Shown: positions 49,996 through 63,819 of the stretch, in pieces | Position numbering within the stretch: position 1 is the stretch's first letter | Layout of the letters: each line of letters begins with the position of its first letter | From: Octopus sinensis | Taxonomy: Eukaryota | Assembly: GCF_006345805.1 (NCBI RefSeq) | Contig: NC_042998.1 | Coordinates: 5,704,001 to 5,768,000, forward strand | Reading direction: 5' to 3' | DNA: 64,000 bases | The notes under the pieces: model-generated | The model's database searches: none | What the model was told of the DNA's origin: nothing | What the model saw: the letters and a program-made list of their open reading frames with translations, nothing else | Position numbers and translations under genes: made by a program

Positions 49996-51520
49996 GTACA
50001 TTGACCCCAGTGTTCATCATCACCATCATCACCATCATCATCAGCAACAGCATCATCATCATCATCATCATCTTCACTGTTTAATGTCTGCCTTCCATGC
50101 TAGTGTGGGTTAGATGCTTTGACAGGGACTGACCAGGCAGGAGCCTGCACCAGACTTCTGTGCCTGTTTTGGCAGGGGTTTTATGGCTGGATACCCTTCC
50201 TAATACCAACCACCCTACAGAGCGGACTGAGCTTTTTACATGGTACAAGCACAGGTGAGGTTGATTTTTGGCAAGGTTTTTACAGCTGTATGCCCTTCCA
50301 CATGCCAGCTACTTCAGAGTGTGAACTGGATGCATTTTACGTGGCATCTACTTATTTTATCAACATTGAAAGGATGGAAAGCAAAGCTGACCTTGGTAAA
50401 ACTTGAACTCTGAACATAAAGATGAATGAAACGCCACTAAGCATTCAGCCCAGCGTATTAGCATAGCTACCATCTTTCTGCCTTTGGTAGTGTTAATATT
50501 AAGACAAATGATAATATTGACATGTTTAACAAATTACATAAGAAGCAAGATTGAGAGAGAATAAAAGAGAGAAAGAGAGGAAGAAATTAGCTGATCAGGA
50601 GTTTATGTGCCAGATATGAAAGAGGAAAAGGTAATGAAAGGGAAAAGGAAGGAAAGATCTACTGACCGTTCTTAGAAATTTACATCTAAACAGTAACTCA
50701 AGGCAAAACTTCTAGCTAGGTATCTTGAACACAAGGCTGGAAGTTTCAACAAAACTCATTGAAGATTGACTCATGTCAACTAATCATTAGACTTTAATGT
50801 CAACTGATTGAAAAACACTTTTTAATATCCTGTTCTGAGTGGGAAATTCATTCAACTATGATAATAACACAAGTTCACGTTTGTTGCTCCAATAGCAGTG
50901 AAAATGTTGTTAGTGAATCATATGAGCAATATCAATATTTATAGTACGATTCTGTTAATTTTCTATGTTGGTTTGTTAATTACTTTTCCCTTGTAATTTA
51001 CTTGTAGCTGGCTTATACTGTATATTTCAAATGAAGCACATTCTTGTGAAGTAAATTTTCTCCGAGCTATACCAGGCTTTGTTATTGAGTGTGTCTTATT
51101 TCGTGACATGCAATCTAAAATGTTTCTTTAGATCTGATAAGATGCAGGACTTGCTTAAGTTCTTTATGAAAACAATTATTTCTGCATGAGTACTACTAAT
51201 AAAGTCTCCAATAAAAGGCTAAGTTTGTTTGTGTTTAATGACATCACACGTGTAGTTTGTTATTAAGGTATTCAAGCAAGAAATTAACACAGATCTCAAT
51301 GTCGATAATGAACTGCAGAACATCTAAATAATACATAAGTTGGAAACCAAGTCCCGGCAAAGTTTTCACTCTTTTGGTCCTTTTTGATTACAAGAAAAGA
51401 AACAGAAAACTTCTGAAATGTAAAATTTATACAAATCAAATATATCAAATAAGCTATAAATATTTTCTGAAAACATTGTACTTTTGTTGTTGTTGTTGTT
51501 GTTGTTGTTGTTGCTGCTGC

Positions 51521-51608
<88 letters not shown>

Positions 51609-52283
51609 GATAATGATGATGTTGTTTCTATCATCTCAGTTCTTGAGTAGTCTCAGACAGTTACTAGCTAAGTATACACATGGTAATGATATTGCTAATT
51701 AATTTCTTTGACTAATAAGCAAAATCCAGCATTCTTCACCGCTGCTTGACAACCAGTGTTGGTTTGTTCATTTCCTCATAACTTAGCAGTTTGGCAAAAA
51801 GAGAACAGCAAAATAAGTACCAGGCTTAGAAAACCAAAACACCACTGGGGTCAATTTGTTTGATTAAAACTCTCCAGGGTGGTGCTCCAGCATGGCTACA
51901 GTCCAATGAGGGAAACAAAGAAAGTAAAAGGTATCCAACAGGAAATAAGTACTGGGTTTTGTCCATGATGCTGTTTACGTCTGTCGCTTATTTGTTGATT
52001 GACCCTAACATATTACTGGTATGTATTTATTATTATTCATTTGTTTTCATAGCTTAATGAGAGATGGCAGAGCAGAGCTGTTGAAAGAGGTGAGGGGGAA
52101 AGGAGAAAACCAACCACAAATTGGTGTCTTGCCCCAAATACTTGCAACAGTTTGAACTCTGCTAGAAACAGGTCAGGTCATTTCAGTTATGAGTTCAAGC
52201 ACTGCTGAAGCATGCTGTTGCGACACACTGCTGTAGCACATTGCTGCAACCATTGTTTGTTGGTATTTGCTTAGGTCATCCCT

Positions 52284-52890
52284 AAGGTGGCGAGCTGGCA
52301 GAAACGTTAGCACGCCAGGCGAAATGCTTAGCGCTGTTTCGTCTGCCGCTACGTTCTGAGTTCAAATTCCGCCGAGGTTGACTTTGCCTTTCATCCTTTT
52401 GGGGTCGATAAATTAAGTACCATTAATGCACTGGGAGCGATGTAATCAACTTAATACCTATGTCTGTCCTTGTTTGTCCCCTCTGTGTTTAGACCCTTGT
52501 GGGTAATAAAGAAATAGGTATTTCATCTGCCACTACGTTCTGAGTTCAAATTCTGCCAAGGTCAACTTTGCCTTTCATCTTTTCGGGGTCGATAAATTAA
52601 GTACCATTAACGCACTGGGGTCGATGTAATCGACTTAATACCTATGTCTGTCCTTGTTTGTCCTTTCTGTGTTTAGACCCTTGTGGGTAATAAAGAAATA
52701 GGTATTTCATCTGCCGCTACGTTCTGAGTTCAAATTCTGCCGAGGTCGACTTTGCCTTTCATCTTTTCAGGGTCGATAAATTAAGTACCATTAATGCACT
52801 GAGGTCGATGTAATCGACTTAATGCCTATGTCTGTCCTTGTTTGTCCCCTCTGTGTTTAGACACTTGTGGGTAATAAAGAAATAGGTATT
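52284..52890 (+). mobile_element. SINE-B trimer with a single 21-bp TSD
   Basis: ggtatttgcttaggtcatccc at 52262-52282 and 52885-52905; one head followed by three bodies. Confidence 0.9.
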
Positions 52891-53260
52891 TGCTTAGGTC
52901 ATCCCAGACAACCTTCCGAGCAGTATTCCAGTCAGTTCCCACTCCGTGAAATACTTCCTCATCTGCCATGATCATGAGGCATGTGGTCAACCAGCGTGAA
53001 TCACCACCCCAGCAGGATCCTCAGAGAAAAGAACACAGCATGCAGGATTCAAGTCGGAAAATCAAACAGCATGAACAAACAGTCTAAGCTGATGCTCTCA
53101 AACCATACAAGTAACACGATGCATCTCTGCAAGGAATTAAGTCTACCACCAAAGAGCAAATAGTCCATCCAAAAGGTTTCCACACAGTTTCCAGCTACCC
53201 AGTTTTCATCAAAAGACCTGAATTGAATCAAGGCAAGACAAAAAGCACCCGTCCAAAGTT

Positions 53261-53560
53261 GTGTGTTGTTCTCGAGCCATGCCTGGCTCATAAGGGCTGG
53301 TTTCCCGGTTTCCTTGGCATATAGATTCCCCACCTGGACGGGACGCCAGTCCATCGCAGGTGAGCTGCAAGATGCAGGAGGAAAGAGTGAGAGAAAGTTG
53401 TGGCAAAAGAGTCAGCAGAAGTTTGCCATTACCTTCTGCTGGAGCCGCATGGAGTCTAGGTGTTTCGCTCATAAACACACACATCGCCTGGTCTGAAATT
53501 CGAACTTGCGATCCCTTGACCGTGAGTCTGCTGCTCTAACCACTCGGCCATGTGCCTCTA
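53261..53560 (-). mobile_element. SINE-C variant: body X + tail Z
   Basis: Reverse head, body X, then gcgatggactggcgtcccgtccaggtgggg..ggaaacc. Confidence 0.85.
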
Positions 53561-55266
53561 CACTCGCTCAAAGTGCCAAACAGTCAGCTCAAACTTTGAA
53601 CCACAAATTTTTGAAGCAAACCTCCAAGCTATGTAGCCCTATCTTCATATCTTGGCTTCTTCAAAAGGATTGATTAGCTAGGTTCAAAATCAGAAATTGT
53701 AATCAATCACCAATTTATATGGACACATGATCAGTGAACCAATGTTTCCTGTTAATGGCATTGGTGCTTTATTACAGAACTTTCCTTTCAACATTGCTTT
53801 AATAGAAATCTGAACTTATAAATATAATAGTGGTTTTATTTGCTTCTTTGTTTATGGTTTTGTATTCATTTTTCTTACTAATTGAAATTAATTCTATAAA
53901 TTCAATATCTTTTTCTATTTTCTTAATCGACATGGAAGCCTCTATGCAGTCACTCAATCTTCTAGAAATAGCAACCAAATGGTATTTAAACTGAAAACTT
54001 CCACGTTTAAAAGAAATGGTGAAGGGACACATTAGACAGTGTAGTTCATGATATACATATACAGAAAAAGATTTACAAGTATGCCTGAGTGGTTAAGAAG
54101 GTCACTTTGCAACCACTTGGTTTCAGGTTCAGTATGGCACCTTGTGGAAGCACTTTGGGCCAACAAATGTCTTGTGGGTGAATTTAATAGATGGAAACTG
54201 TGTGGAAGTCTGTCATATACATACATACAAACATGCATACACATATACATACACGCATACATACTTACATACATACATACATACATACATGCATGCATAC
54301 ACACATACATACATACATACATACATACATACATACATGCATACACACATACATACATGCATACATACATACATACATACATACATACATGCATACACAC
54401 ATACATGCATGCATACATACTTACATACATACATACATACTTACATACATATTTATATATAATTACAGTGTACCTTTAAACACATAAGAGGCATCCATCA
54501 TAGGACTCCTTGTATGCTCAAGAGAACAGTTAAATTCCAAACCACTATTAGAGATAAAATTTTGAAGGGAATGAAGAATAAAAACATTTACCATCTAACT
54601 CCTGGACCAATGGTTTCAGACTACTTTTAGCAAATAAAATAATTTGCTAGGCGAAGTCTTCTTCAGCAGGTAAACCTTAGATTAAATGTATGTGTGGGTG
54701 TCTTTATGTTTAAGTTTGTCCTTCCGACAACTGCTTGACAACCAGTGCTGGTTTATTTATGTCCCTGTAACTTAACAGTTCAGCAAAAGAGCTAGATAGA
54801 ATAAGTACCAAACTTTATTTAAAAATAAATACTAGGGGTGACTTGTTTAGCCAAACTCTTCAAGGTGATGCACCAGCATGGCCACAAGTAAAGGATAATA
54901 GACGATGACCGAAATATTTTTGGCCATAAGTTCACTTGATGAGGGCAAACAGGAGACTAAACACCAACAACAATGACAACAACATCAATCAGGTGTTTGG
55001 TGATTTGCTGCTATTTGAGTTGTCCCAGAAGACTTGAATATTATATATTGTCTAAAAGGTTTTAAAACAACACCTTTGATACAGCCTGACTTTATCATAC
55101 GAAATTACATTCATTTACTTATTAATTGGTTTCTCTCTCTCTTTCTCTCTCTCTCTCTCCCTCCCTCTCTCTCTTTCACTATATATATATATATGTTTAT
55201 ATATATATTGAGTTAGATCTACTGGATACAAATTAATTTATTAATTATATATACACGCACATACGC

Positions 55267-55297
<31 letters not shown>

Positions 55298-55921
55298 CAT
55301 AGACACACATACTCATACACAGACAAATGCACATATACACACACAGTCACACAGATATGTATATATACATATATATATATATGTATGTGTGTGTACACAC
55401 ATATATATATGTATATCCATACATGTACATATTCATACATATATACACACACAAACACTCACACAAACACATACTCAGACACATACAAACACACCACACA
55501 CACACTCACATACACACACACACGCACAAACACACACACAATTTTAATAAGAAAATAACCTCGATTATCGGTTTAAAATTTTTTCAATTGACCCAAATAG
55601 TGAATGATTACAATTAAATATTTTTCCTTTGATAATTTGCAAAAAATAAACGAATAAAAACTCATAACAAATTTTCCAAAATATAATATATAAAAGTAAT
55701 TGATAATACAAATTGCATATAAAAGAGAAACGAATAAGATTTTGGCATTTTTCTATTGGAATCATTCCAATAGTTTGCAAGGATATTTTTTAAAAATAAG
55801 AATTAACCAAAGAAGGCAGCAATCATATACACATAAAACAGCAATAGTATTATGATATAAGGTAGTAATTATATACGCTTAGAGTAGATATAACATTATG
55901 GTATATTAATATACATATAAT

Positions 55922-56330
55922 AGGCACAGGAGTGGCTGTGTGGTAAGTAGCTTGCTAACCAACCACATGGTTCCGGGTTCAGTCCCACTGCGTGGCATCT
56001 TGGGCAAGTGTCTTCTGCTATAGCCCCGGGCTGACCAATGCCTTGTGAGTGGATTTGGTAGACGGAAACTGAAAGAAGCCTGTCGTATATATGTATATAT
56101 GTGTATATGTATGTGTGTGTTTGTAAGTCTGTGTTTGTCCCCCTAGCATTGCTTGACAACCGATGCTGGTATGTTTACGTCCCCATCACTTAGCGGTTCG
56201 GCAAAAGAGACCGATAGAATAAGTACTGGGCTTACAAAGAATAAGTCCCGGGGTCGATTTGCTCGACTAAAGGCGGTGCTCCAGCATGGCCGCAGTCAAA
56301 TGACTGAAACAAGTAAAAGAGTAAAGAGTA
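55922..56330 (+). mobile_element. SINE-A
   Basis: Full copy. Confidence 0.9.
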
Positions 56331-56745
56331 TATAGACATGGCGAACAACAGTTAAGTCAAATAAGCAAATAGAATCATTCATCAACAGATGCTTGCGGAG
56401 TATACTTAAAATTAGATGACCCGAACACATAAGCAATATGGAGCTATGGCAAAGAAGAAATCAGGTTTCGATTAGGGAGCAAATATTTAAGAATAAGTGG
56501 AAGTGGATTGGTAGCACAATTAGAAAAGACACACCAAATGTAGCGAAAAGTGCTTTAAAGTGGAATTCGGATGGATATAGAAAGAGAGGTAGGCCTAAGA
56601 ACTCGTGGTGTAGATCAACACAAAAGGAACTAGAGAAAGGGGGGACATTCATGGTAGAGTATAAGTACAGAAGCCAAAAATTATGCGACATGGAATTCAA
56701 CTATAAGTGGCCTATACTCAGCATTGGAGGGTTAAGGGCATAAAG
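56331..56745 (+). mobile_element. RTE-clade LINE 3' remnant
   Basis: FINRCLRSILKIR*P..ISNMELWQR...KWKWIG..RK..AKSALKWN..G.RKRGRPKNSW. Confidence 0.8.
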
Positions 56746-56821
56746 AAAAAAATATACATATATCATCATCATCATCACCATCATCATCATCATAACCATC
56801 ATCATCATCATCATCATTATT

Positions 56822-56892
<71 letters not shown>

Positions 56893-56893
56893 T

Positions 56894-56924
<31 letters not shown>

Positions 56925-56971
56925 CCATCATCATCATTATCATCATCATCATCACCATCATCATCATAACC

Positions 56972-57003
<32 letters not shown>

Positions 57004-57005
57004 CC

Positions 57006-57063
<58 letters not shown>

Positions 57064-57082
57064 CATCACCATCATCATCATT

Positions 57083-57119
<37 letters not shown>

Positions 57120-57327
57120 CCATCATCATCATCAACATGTAACGTTTATTTTTCATGCTAGCATTGGTTAAATGGTTTGGCAGGAACTGGTAAGCCTGGA
57201 GCCACATCAGGCTCCAGTCATCTGTTTTGGCCTGGTCTTTATTGTTAGATGCCCTTCCTAATGTCAACCGCTTTACAAAGTGTACTGGCTGTTTTTTTAC
57301 CTGTCACAGGCATGGGTACCTTTTACA

Positions 57328-58471
57328 TACACGTGGTCTGATCAATAAGTATCCAGACTGTTGTCATAGTAACGAAGCTAAAGCATGCAGAGTAAAGCCA
57401 CTTGGCACGGATCAACCTTAACATCTGCTGTGCATGTGCACTAAGTTTTAACAGTCTAGCTCGCTTCTGCTGTTTACAGCAGTGATTGGAAGGAAGGTGT
57501 GTAGTGTGTGATCGTTGCATTGACCATGACAGAGAAAGTTGAGGAAAGAATCCGCATCAAATTTTGCCAAAAGCTTGGCAATTCCTGTGCAGAGACCTAC
57601 GCAAAGTGTTCAAAAAGTTTCCATCATTTTTGATGCAATCAAGGAGATTTTGTGCAACTGAAACCCGCGTGTCCTTTTGGTCAGATGAAAGCAGTTTTGG
57701 CAAAAACTTGGCAGACATGCATCCCATACCCAAATCTTCAGTGATAATGGACAGAACTCAACCATAACTAATCTGCATATCCTCTGATAACTCATGGATG
57801 GTGATTCGATGATTTCCCCTCCCAGCTGCATGAACATCTGTGATGTTTTTCTCAGTTCTGCTGGTTGCGAGTCTTCCAGAACGTTTGCCAATATCGACAT
57901 TTTTCGGCCATCTTGGAAACATCTGAACCACTTGTACACTTGTGTGCAGCTCACACACTCCTCTCCATACTCTTTCTACAACTTTGCACAGGCCTCTGAG
58001 CAGGTATCACCATGACAATTTTTTCTTATTTCTTTACTACTCACAAGGGGCTAAACACAGAAAGGACAAACAAGGACATACAAAGGGATTAAGTCGATTA
58101 CATCGACCCCAGTGCGTAACTGGTACTTAATTTATCGACCATGAAAGGATGAAAGGCAAAGTTGACCTCAGCAGAATTTGAACTCAAAACGTAGCAGTAG
58201 ATGAAATACCACTAAGCATTTCACACAGCGTGCTAACGTTTCTGCCAGCTCGATGCCTTCATGACAACTTTTTCTGTCATGGTCAATGCAAAGATCACAC
58301 GCTACACACCTTCCTTCCAAGCACTGCTGGCTGTAAACAGCAGAAGTGAGCTAGAACGTTAAATTTAGTGTGCAAGCACAGTAGAGTTAAGGTCAATTTT
58401 TGCCTAGCAGCTTTACTCTGATTATTTTAGCTTCGTTCCTATGGCAACTGTCTGGATGCTTATTGATCGTA
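57328..58471. mobile_element. Palindromic mariner derivative, copy 2, with a nested SINE-B
   Basis: Arms of about 220 bp are inverted copies (TIR, subterminal region, ATG). The minus strand carries ~130 codons of transposase N-terminus (VYKWFRCFQDGR..SGR..RITIHELS..AKFLPKLLS). Confidence 0.85.
58025..58259 (-). mobile_element. SINE-B nested in the palindromic mariner
   Basis: 14-bp TSD catgacaa(t/c)ttttt at 58011-58024 and 58260-58273. Confidence 0.9.
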
Positions 58472-59337
58472 TGTAGGAAATAATTAAAGGTTAAATAAAG
58501 GTGTAACACATTAATGCAAGAATAAAAATAATTTGGAATAACTATAGATGCAGGCATAGCTGTGAGGTAAGACATTTCTTCCCATAGTTTCAGTTATAGT
58601 CACATTGCATGGCAGCTTGAGCAAGTATTTCATACTATAGCCCCAGGTTGTCTATAGATTTATGAGTGGATTTACTAGATGAAAACTGTGCCTGTCATAT
58701 ATTTGATAGCCACAGGCATGGCTGTGTGGTAGGAATCTTGCTTCCCAATCACATGTTTCCAGGTTCAGTCCCACTATGTGGCATGTGGCACCTTGGGAAA
58801 GTGTCTTTTACCATAGCCTCAGGCCAACCAAATCCTTGTGGGTGGAATGTATACAGAAACTGAAAGAAGCCCATCATATATATATATATATATATACAAG
58901 CAAAACGCCCCCCCCCCCCACGTCCAATGGACAGTGCTGAGTTGTCAAACATTTAAACCAAATTTTCTCAAACCAACTTGTCCGACTGTCCCATAGTGAG
59001 CCAGAAGGCTGCACCAGGCTCCAATCTGATCTGGCAAAGTTTCTACAGCTAAATGCTCTTCTTAATGCCAACCACTCTGAGAGTGTAGTGGGTGCTTTTA
59101 ACATGTCACCAGCATGAGGGCCAGTCAGGCAGTTCTGGCAACGACCATGCTCAAAAGGTGTTTTTTTACATGCTACCTTACATGGGAGCCTGTCTGGCGG
59201 CACAAGCATACATATAGATGAAACCACATAAGATTTTTACTTTACTACGTATGAGACAGAAATTCTTTTACAATTAGATTTTCATTTTACTGCAATGAAA
59301 ATTCATTATTAATCAAGTTTTAGCAAGTTTGTTTCAT

Positions 59338-59697
59338 AGGCGCAGGTGTGGCTGTGTGTTAAGTAGCTTGCTAACCAACCACATGGTTCCGAGTTCTGCT
59401 ATAACCCCGGGCCGACCAATGCCTTGTGAGTGGATTTGGTAGACGGAAACTGAAAGAAGCCTGTCGTATATATGTATATATATATATGTGTGTGTTTGTC
59501 CCCCTAGCATTGCTTGACAACTGATGCTGGTGTGTTTATGTCCCCATTACTTAGTGGTTTGGCAAAAGAGACCGATAAAATAAGTATTGGGCTTACAAAA
59601 GAATAAGTCCTGGGGTCGGGTTGCTCGATTAAAAGGCGGTGCTCCAGCATGGCCGCAGTCAAATGACTGAAACAAGTAAAAGAGAGTAAAAGAGAGT
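59338..59697 (+). mobile_element. SINE-A carrying the uninterrupted gtgtgtt-aagtagcttgctaacc site
   Basis: Same head variant as the interrupted copy at 36348, but without an insertion. Confidence 0.9.
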
Positions 59698-60117
59698 AAA
59701 CCTGAAGAAAAGTATTTAGATTTCACTTTTTTCCATCTTCACAAATTAAAAAATGGCAATATGCAAAGATTCATTATAAGATATACAGTTCTAGAATTTC
59801 ATAAATGTTCAAAATTTTGAGAATGATGCATTAAACATAGAAGTCTGTCTGCTCACTCAAATGTAGCTTTTCCATGCATCATTATCATCATCATTGTCGT
59901 TGTCATCATTCTTGTCATCATCATAATCATCATTATTATCCTCATTATCAACATTGTCAGTGTCATCACCATCATCATCATTGTCATCATGACCATCATC
60001 ATTGTTGGCATCGTTGCCATTCTCATCATCATCATCATCGCCAACATTGTCATTGTCATCATCATCATCACCATCATCATTGTTGTCATCATTACCATCA
60101 TCATCGTCGAGCATCAT

Positions 60118-60517
60118 ACTCTCTCTTTTGCTCTTTTACTTGTTTCAGTCATTTGACTGCGGCCATGCTGGAGCACCGCCGTCAGTCGAGTAAATCAACC
60201 CCAGGACTTACTCTCTGTAAAGCCAGCACTTATTCTATCAGTGTCTTTTGTCAAACTGCTAGGTTATGGGGATGTAAACATACCAGCATCGGTTGTCAAG
60301 CAATGTTGGGGGGACAAACACAGACACACACACATATATGTATATACATATATACAACGGGCTTCTTTCAGTTTCTGACTACCAAATCCACTCACCAGGC
60401 TTTGGTTGGCCTGAGGCTATAGTAGAAGACACTTGTTCAATGTGCCATACTGCGGGACTGAACCTGGAACCATGTGGTTGGTAAGCAAGCTACGTACCAC
60501 ACAGCCACTCCTGTGCC
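60118..60517 (-). mobile_element. SINE-A
   Basis: Full reverse copy. Confidence 0.9.
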
Positions 60518-60854
60518 ACGGTCATTATCACTATCATCATCATTGTTTTAACATCTGCTTTTCCATATACACATGGGTCGGTCAGAATTCAGTGGGGCAG
60601 CTTTTACTTTCGCCAGATGCCCTTCATGCTGTTAACCATCAACTGATTCGAAGCAAGGCAGTTGTCTTTTGTTTCTCCGACGGCCGAATATGTTTTCATG
60701 GAAGATTAGAGAAAAGAGGTACCACTTTTATTGACAGAGATTGTCATTTACGAATATCATGTAATACGAAGATGATGCAACTTAAAAACACAGTTATCAA
60801 TGCACACAAACACATATATATTCATATACTCATGTATGTATATATATGTATATA

Positions 60855-61262
60855 TACTCTTTTACTCTTTTACTTGTTTCAGTCATTTGACTGTGGCCAT
60901 GCTGGAGCACTGCCTTTAGTCAAGCAAATCGACCCCGGGACTTATTCTTTCTAAGCCCAGTACTTATTCTATCGGTCTCTTTTGCCGAACTGCTAAGTGA
61001 CGGGGACGTAAACACACCAGCATCGGTTGTCAAGCAATGCTAGGGGGACAATCACAGACACACAAACATACACACAAATACATATATATACATATATACA
61101 ACAGGCTTCTTTCAGTTTCCGTCTACCAAATCCACTCACAAGGCATTGGTCGGCCCGAGGCTATAGCAGAAGACACTTGCCCAAGATGCCACGCAGTGGG
61201 ACTGAACCCGGAACCATGTGGTTGGTAAGCAAGCTACTTACCACACAGCCACTCCTGCGCCT
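60855..61262 (-). mobile_element. SINE-A
   Basis: Full reverse copy. Confidence 0.9.
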
Positions 61263-61382
61263 ATATATATATATCACCGTGATCATTGTGACCGACCAGG
61301 CTATCAGATGTTGCTACACATCGCTGGTCACAATGCGTTTTGCCTTGTTTTAGCCTTCAAATGACGCCACCCCGCTGGCTAA

Positions 61383-61569
61383 GAAAAAAGAGTGAGAGAA
61401 AGTTGTGGCGAAAGAGTACAATTTGAGATCACCACCATCCCCTGCCGGAGCCTCATGGAGCTTTAGGTGCTTTTGTTCAATAAACACTCACAACGCCCGG
61501 TCTGGGAATCAAAATCACGATCCTACAACCGCAAGTCTGCAGCTCTAACCACTGGGCCATTGTACCTCC
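61383..61569 (-). mobile_element. SINE-C, body X, 3'-truncated
   Basis: Reverse head plus body X. Confidence 0.75.
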
Positions 61570-61577
61570 CCATATAC

Positions 61578-61666
<89 letters not shown>

Positions 61667-61809
61667 TATATATTAAAAATGGGGAAGGCCAGTTTATGGG
61701 ATTACCTTAAGTTTCCTGTCCATAAAGGGTTTAGTTTTATGGTGTCTTGTCAGATCCCCAAATCCTGTTGGCCCATGACTTCTTATAAAAATGGAGGGGG
61801 AAATACACA

Positions 61810-61883
<74 letters not shown>

Positions 61884-61994
61884 CACATACATACATATGT
61901 ATATATACATATGTATATATACACACACACACAAACACACACATATACAAGGGCTTCCAGGTAATGTGAAAGATCTGACTGGGGGCCCAACCAA

Positions 61995-62146
61995 CTGAGT
62001 CTTATTACACAGCTTAAAAAAACTGAAGGACCGCTGCAATAAGTGTGTGAATATGAGAGGGGAATATGTTGATTAAAATCATAATTAACTGATCCTCCTG
62101 TATTTTCTTTTACCCAACGCCAGGAACTATTTAGCCCCACCTTGTA
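61995..62146 (+). mobile_element. Mariner 3' end fragment
   Basis: KLKDRCNKCVNMRGEYVD* followed by TIR-like ccaacgccaggaactatttagccccaccttg-TA. Confidence 0.6.
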
Positions 62147-63090
62147 CATATGCACACATAAATATACAATGGCAGAATGTGTCTTTTACACACACACCGT
62201 CTAGCAGGAGAATTAATGGTAACACAACAGCTACCAGTAAGAAATGGAGGGGGGGGGGGCAATAAATACACCTGAGAGGAACAAGGACATTGCCAAAAAA
62301 TTTGGAATAGCAGCAGAAAAGCATTTTTAATGGTAGTGATAGAGATATAAATATTAGACAAGGACGAGGACAGTGCTACCAGGGGTAACATCATCCAACC
62401 GTGACAGATCCAATTTGATTAATAAAATAATGTACAAGTTAAGTAATAGCTGAGTTTTGATATAATCATTTATACATTTCCCTTATAATGTATGAGTTTG
62501 CACCTGATAGTTGATGTTTGATTGAAGGGTGAGTCAGAAAGGAAAGAAAACAAAAAATGCAAAAAATATTTCAATAAAATACGGAGAACAATTGCATATG
62601 GGAATCGAACTACAGCAAATATTAAACTGTTGCTAAGCATTTTTATCAGAATTATTATTATGGCTGTTATTATTCATCATCATCGTCATCATCATCATTT
62701 AGCGTCCGCTTTCCATGCTAGCATGGGTTGGACGGTTCAACTGGGGTCTGAGAAGCCAGAAGGCTGCATCAGGCCCAGTCTGATCTGGCAATGTTTCTAC
62801 GGCTGGATGCCCTTCCTAATGCCAACCACTCCGTGAGTGTAGTGGGTGCTTTTTATGTGCCAGACGGGGCTGGCAAACACTTAATATTAATATTAATAAG
62901 GTAGTGAGCAGGTACAATCGTTAGCACGACGGACAAAATGCTTAGCAGCATTTCGTCTGCCTTTACATTCTGAGTTCAAATTCTGCCAAGGTTGACTTTG
63001 CCTTTCGCCCTTTCAGGATCAATAAATTAAGTACCAGTGAAACAATGCGGTTGATGTGATTGACTTACCACTTCCCCACGAATTTCAGGC

Positions 63091-63274
63091 CATGTGTTCC
63101 CCAGCTGGACAGGACGCCAGTCCATCACGGCGTTACTCATTTTTGCCAGCTGAGTGGACTGGAGCAACGTGAAATGAAGTTTTTTGCTCAAGAACACAAC
63201 GTGTCGCCCAGTCCAGGAATCAACAATCTTATGGTCATGATGCTGACGCCCTAACCACTAAGCCACATGCCTCC
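63091..63274 (-). mobile_element. SINE-C, core P, with partial tail Z
   Basis: Reverse head plus core P. Confidence 0.8.
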
Positions 63275-63340
63275 ACAATATTAATAATAACGAAAATAAT
63301 AATAAAAATAATAATAATAAAAATAATAATAATAATAATA

Positions 63341-63506
63341 AGGCGCAGGAGTGGCTGTGTGGTAAGTAGCTTGCTAACCAACCACATGGTTCCGGGTTCA
63401 GTCCCACTGCCTGGCATCTTGGGCAAGTGTATTCTGCTATAGCCCTGGTCCGACCAATGCCTTGTGAGTGGATTTGGTAGACGGAAACTGAAAGAAGCCT
63501 GTCGTA

Positions 63507-63545
<39 letters not shown>

Positions 63546-63765
63546 CTGTGTTTGTGTGTCTGTGTTTGTCCCCCCTAGCATTGCTTGACAACCGATGCTG
63601 GTGTGTTTACGTCCCCGTTACTTAGCGGTTCGGCAAAAGAGACCGATAGAATAAGTACTGGGCTTACAAAGAATAAGTCCCGGGGTCGATTTGCTCGACT
63701 AAAGGCGGTGCTCCAGCATGGCCACAGTCAAATGACTGAAACAAGTAAAAGCGTAAAAAAGAGTA
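63341..63765 (+). mobile_element. SINE-A
   Basis: Full copy flanked by TAA repeats. Confidence 0.9.
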
Positions 63766-63774
63766 ATAATAATG

Positions 63775-63819
<45 letters not shown>

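Noticed and set aside
52906-53250. Possible minus-strand RTE remnant
   Set aside because: Motif resemblance is too weak to call by eye.
59853-60422. His/Cys-rich and Asp-rich ORFs as metal-binding proteins
   Set aside because: CAT/GAT triplet tract running directly into a SINE-A.
4763-63591. Recurrent similar ORFs (MSSNARGTNTDTQ..., ...CPRCHAVGLNPEPCGW) as a gene family
   Set aside because: They are incidental frames through SINE-A copies, broken at variable points by the internal microsatellite.
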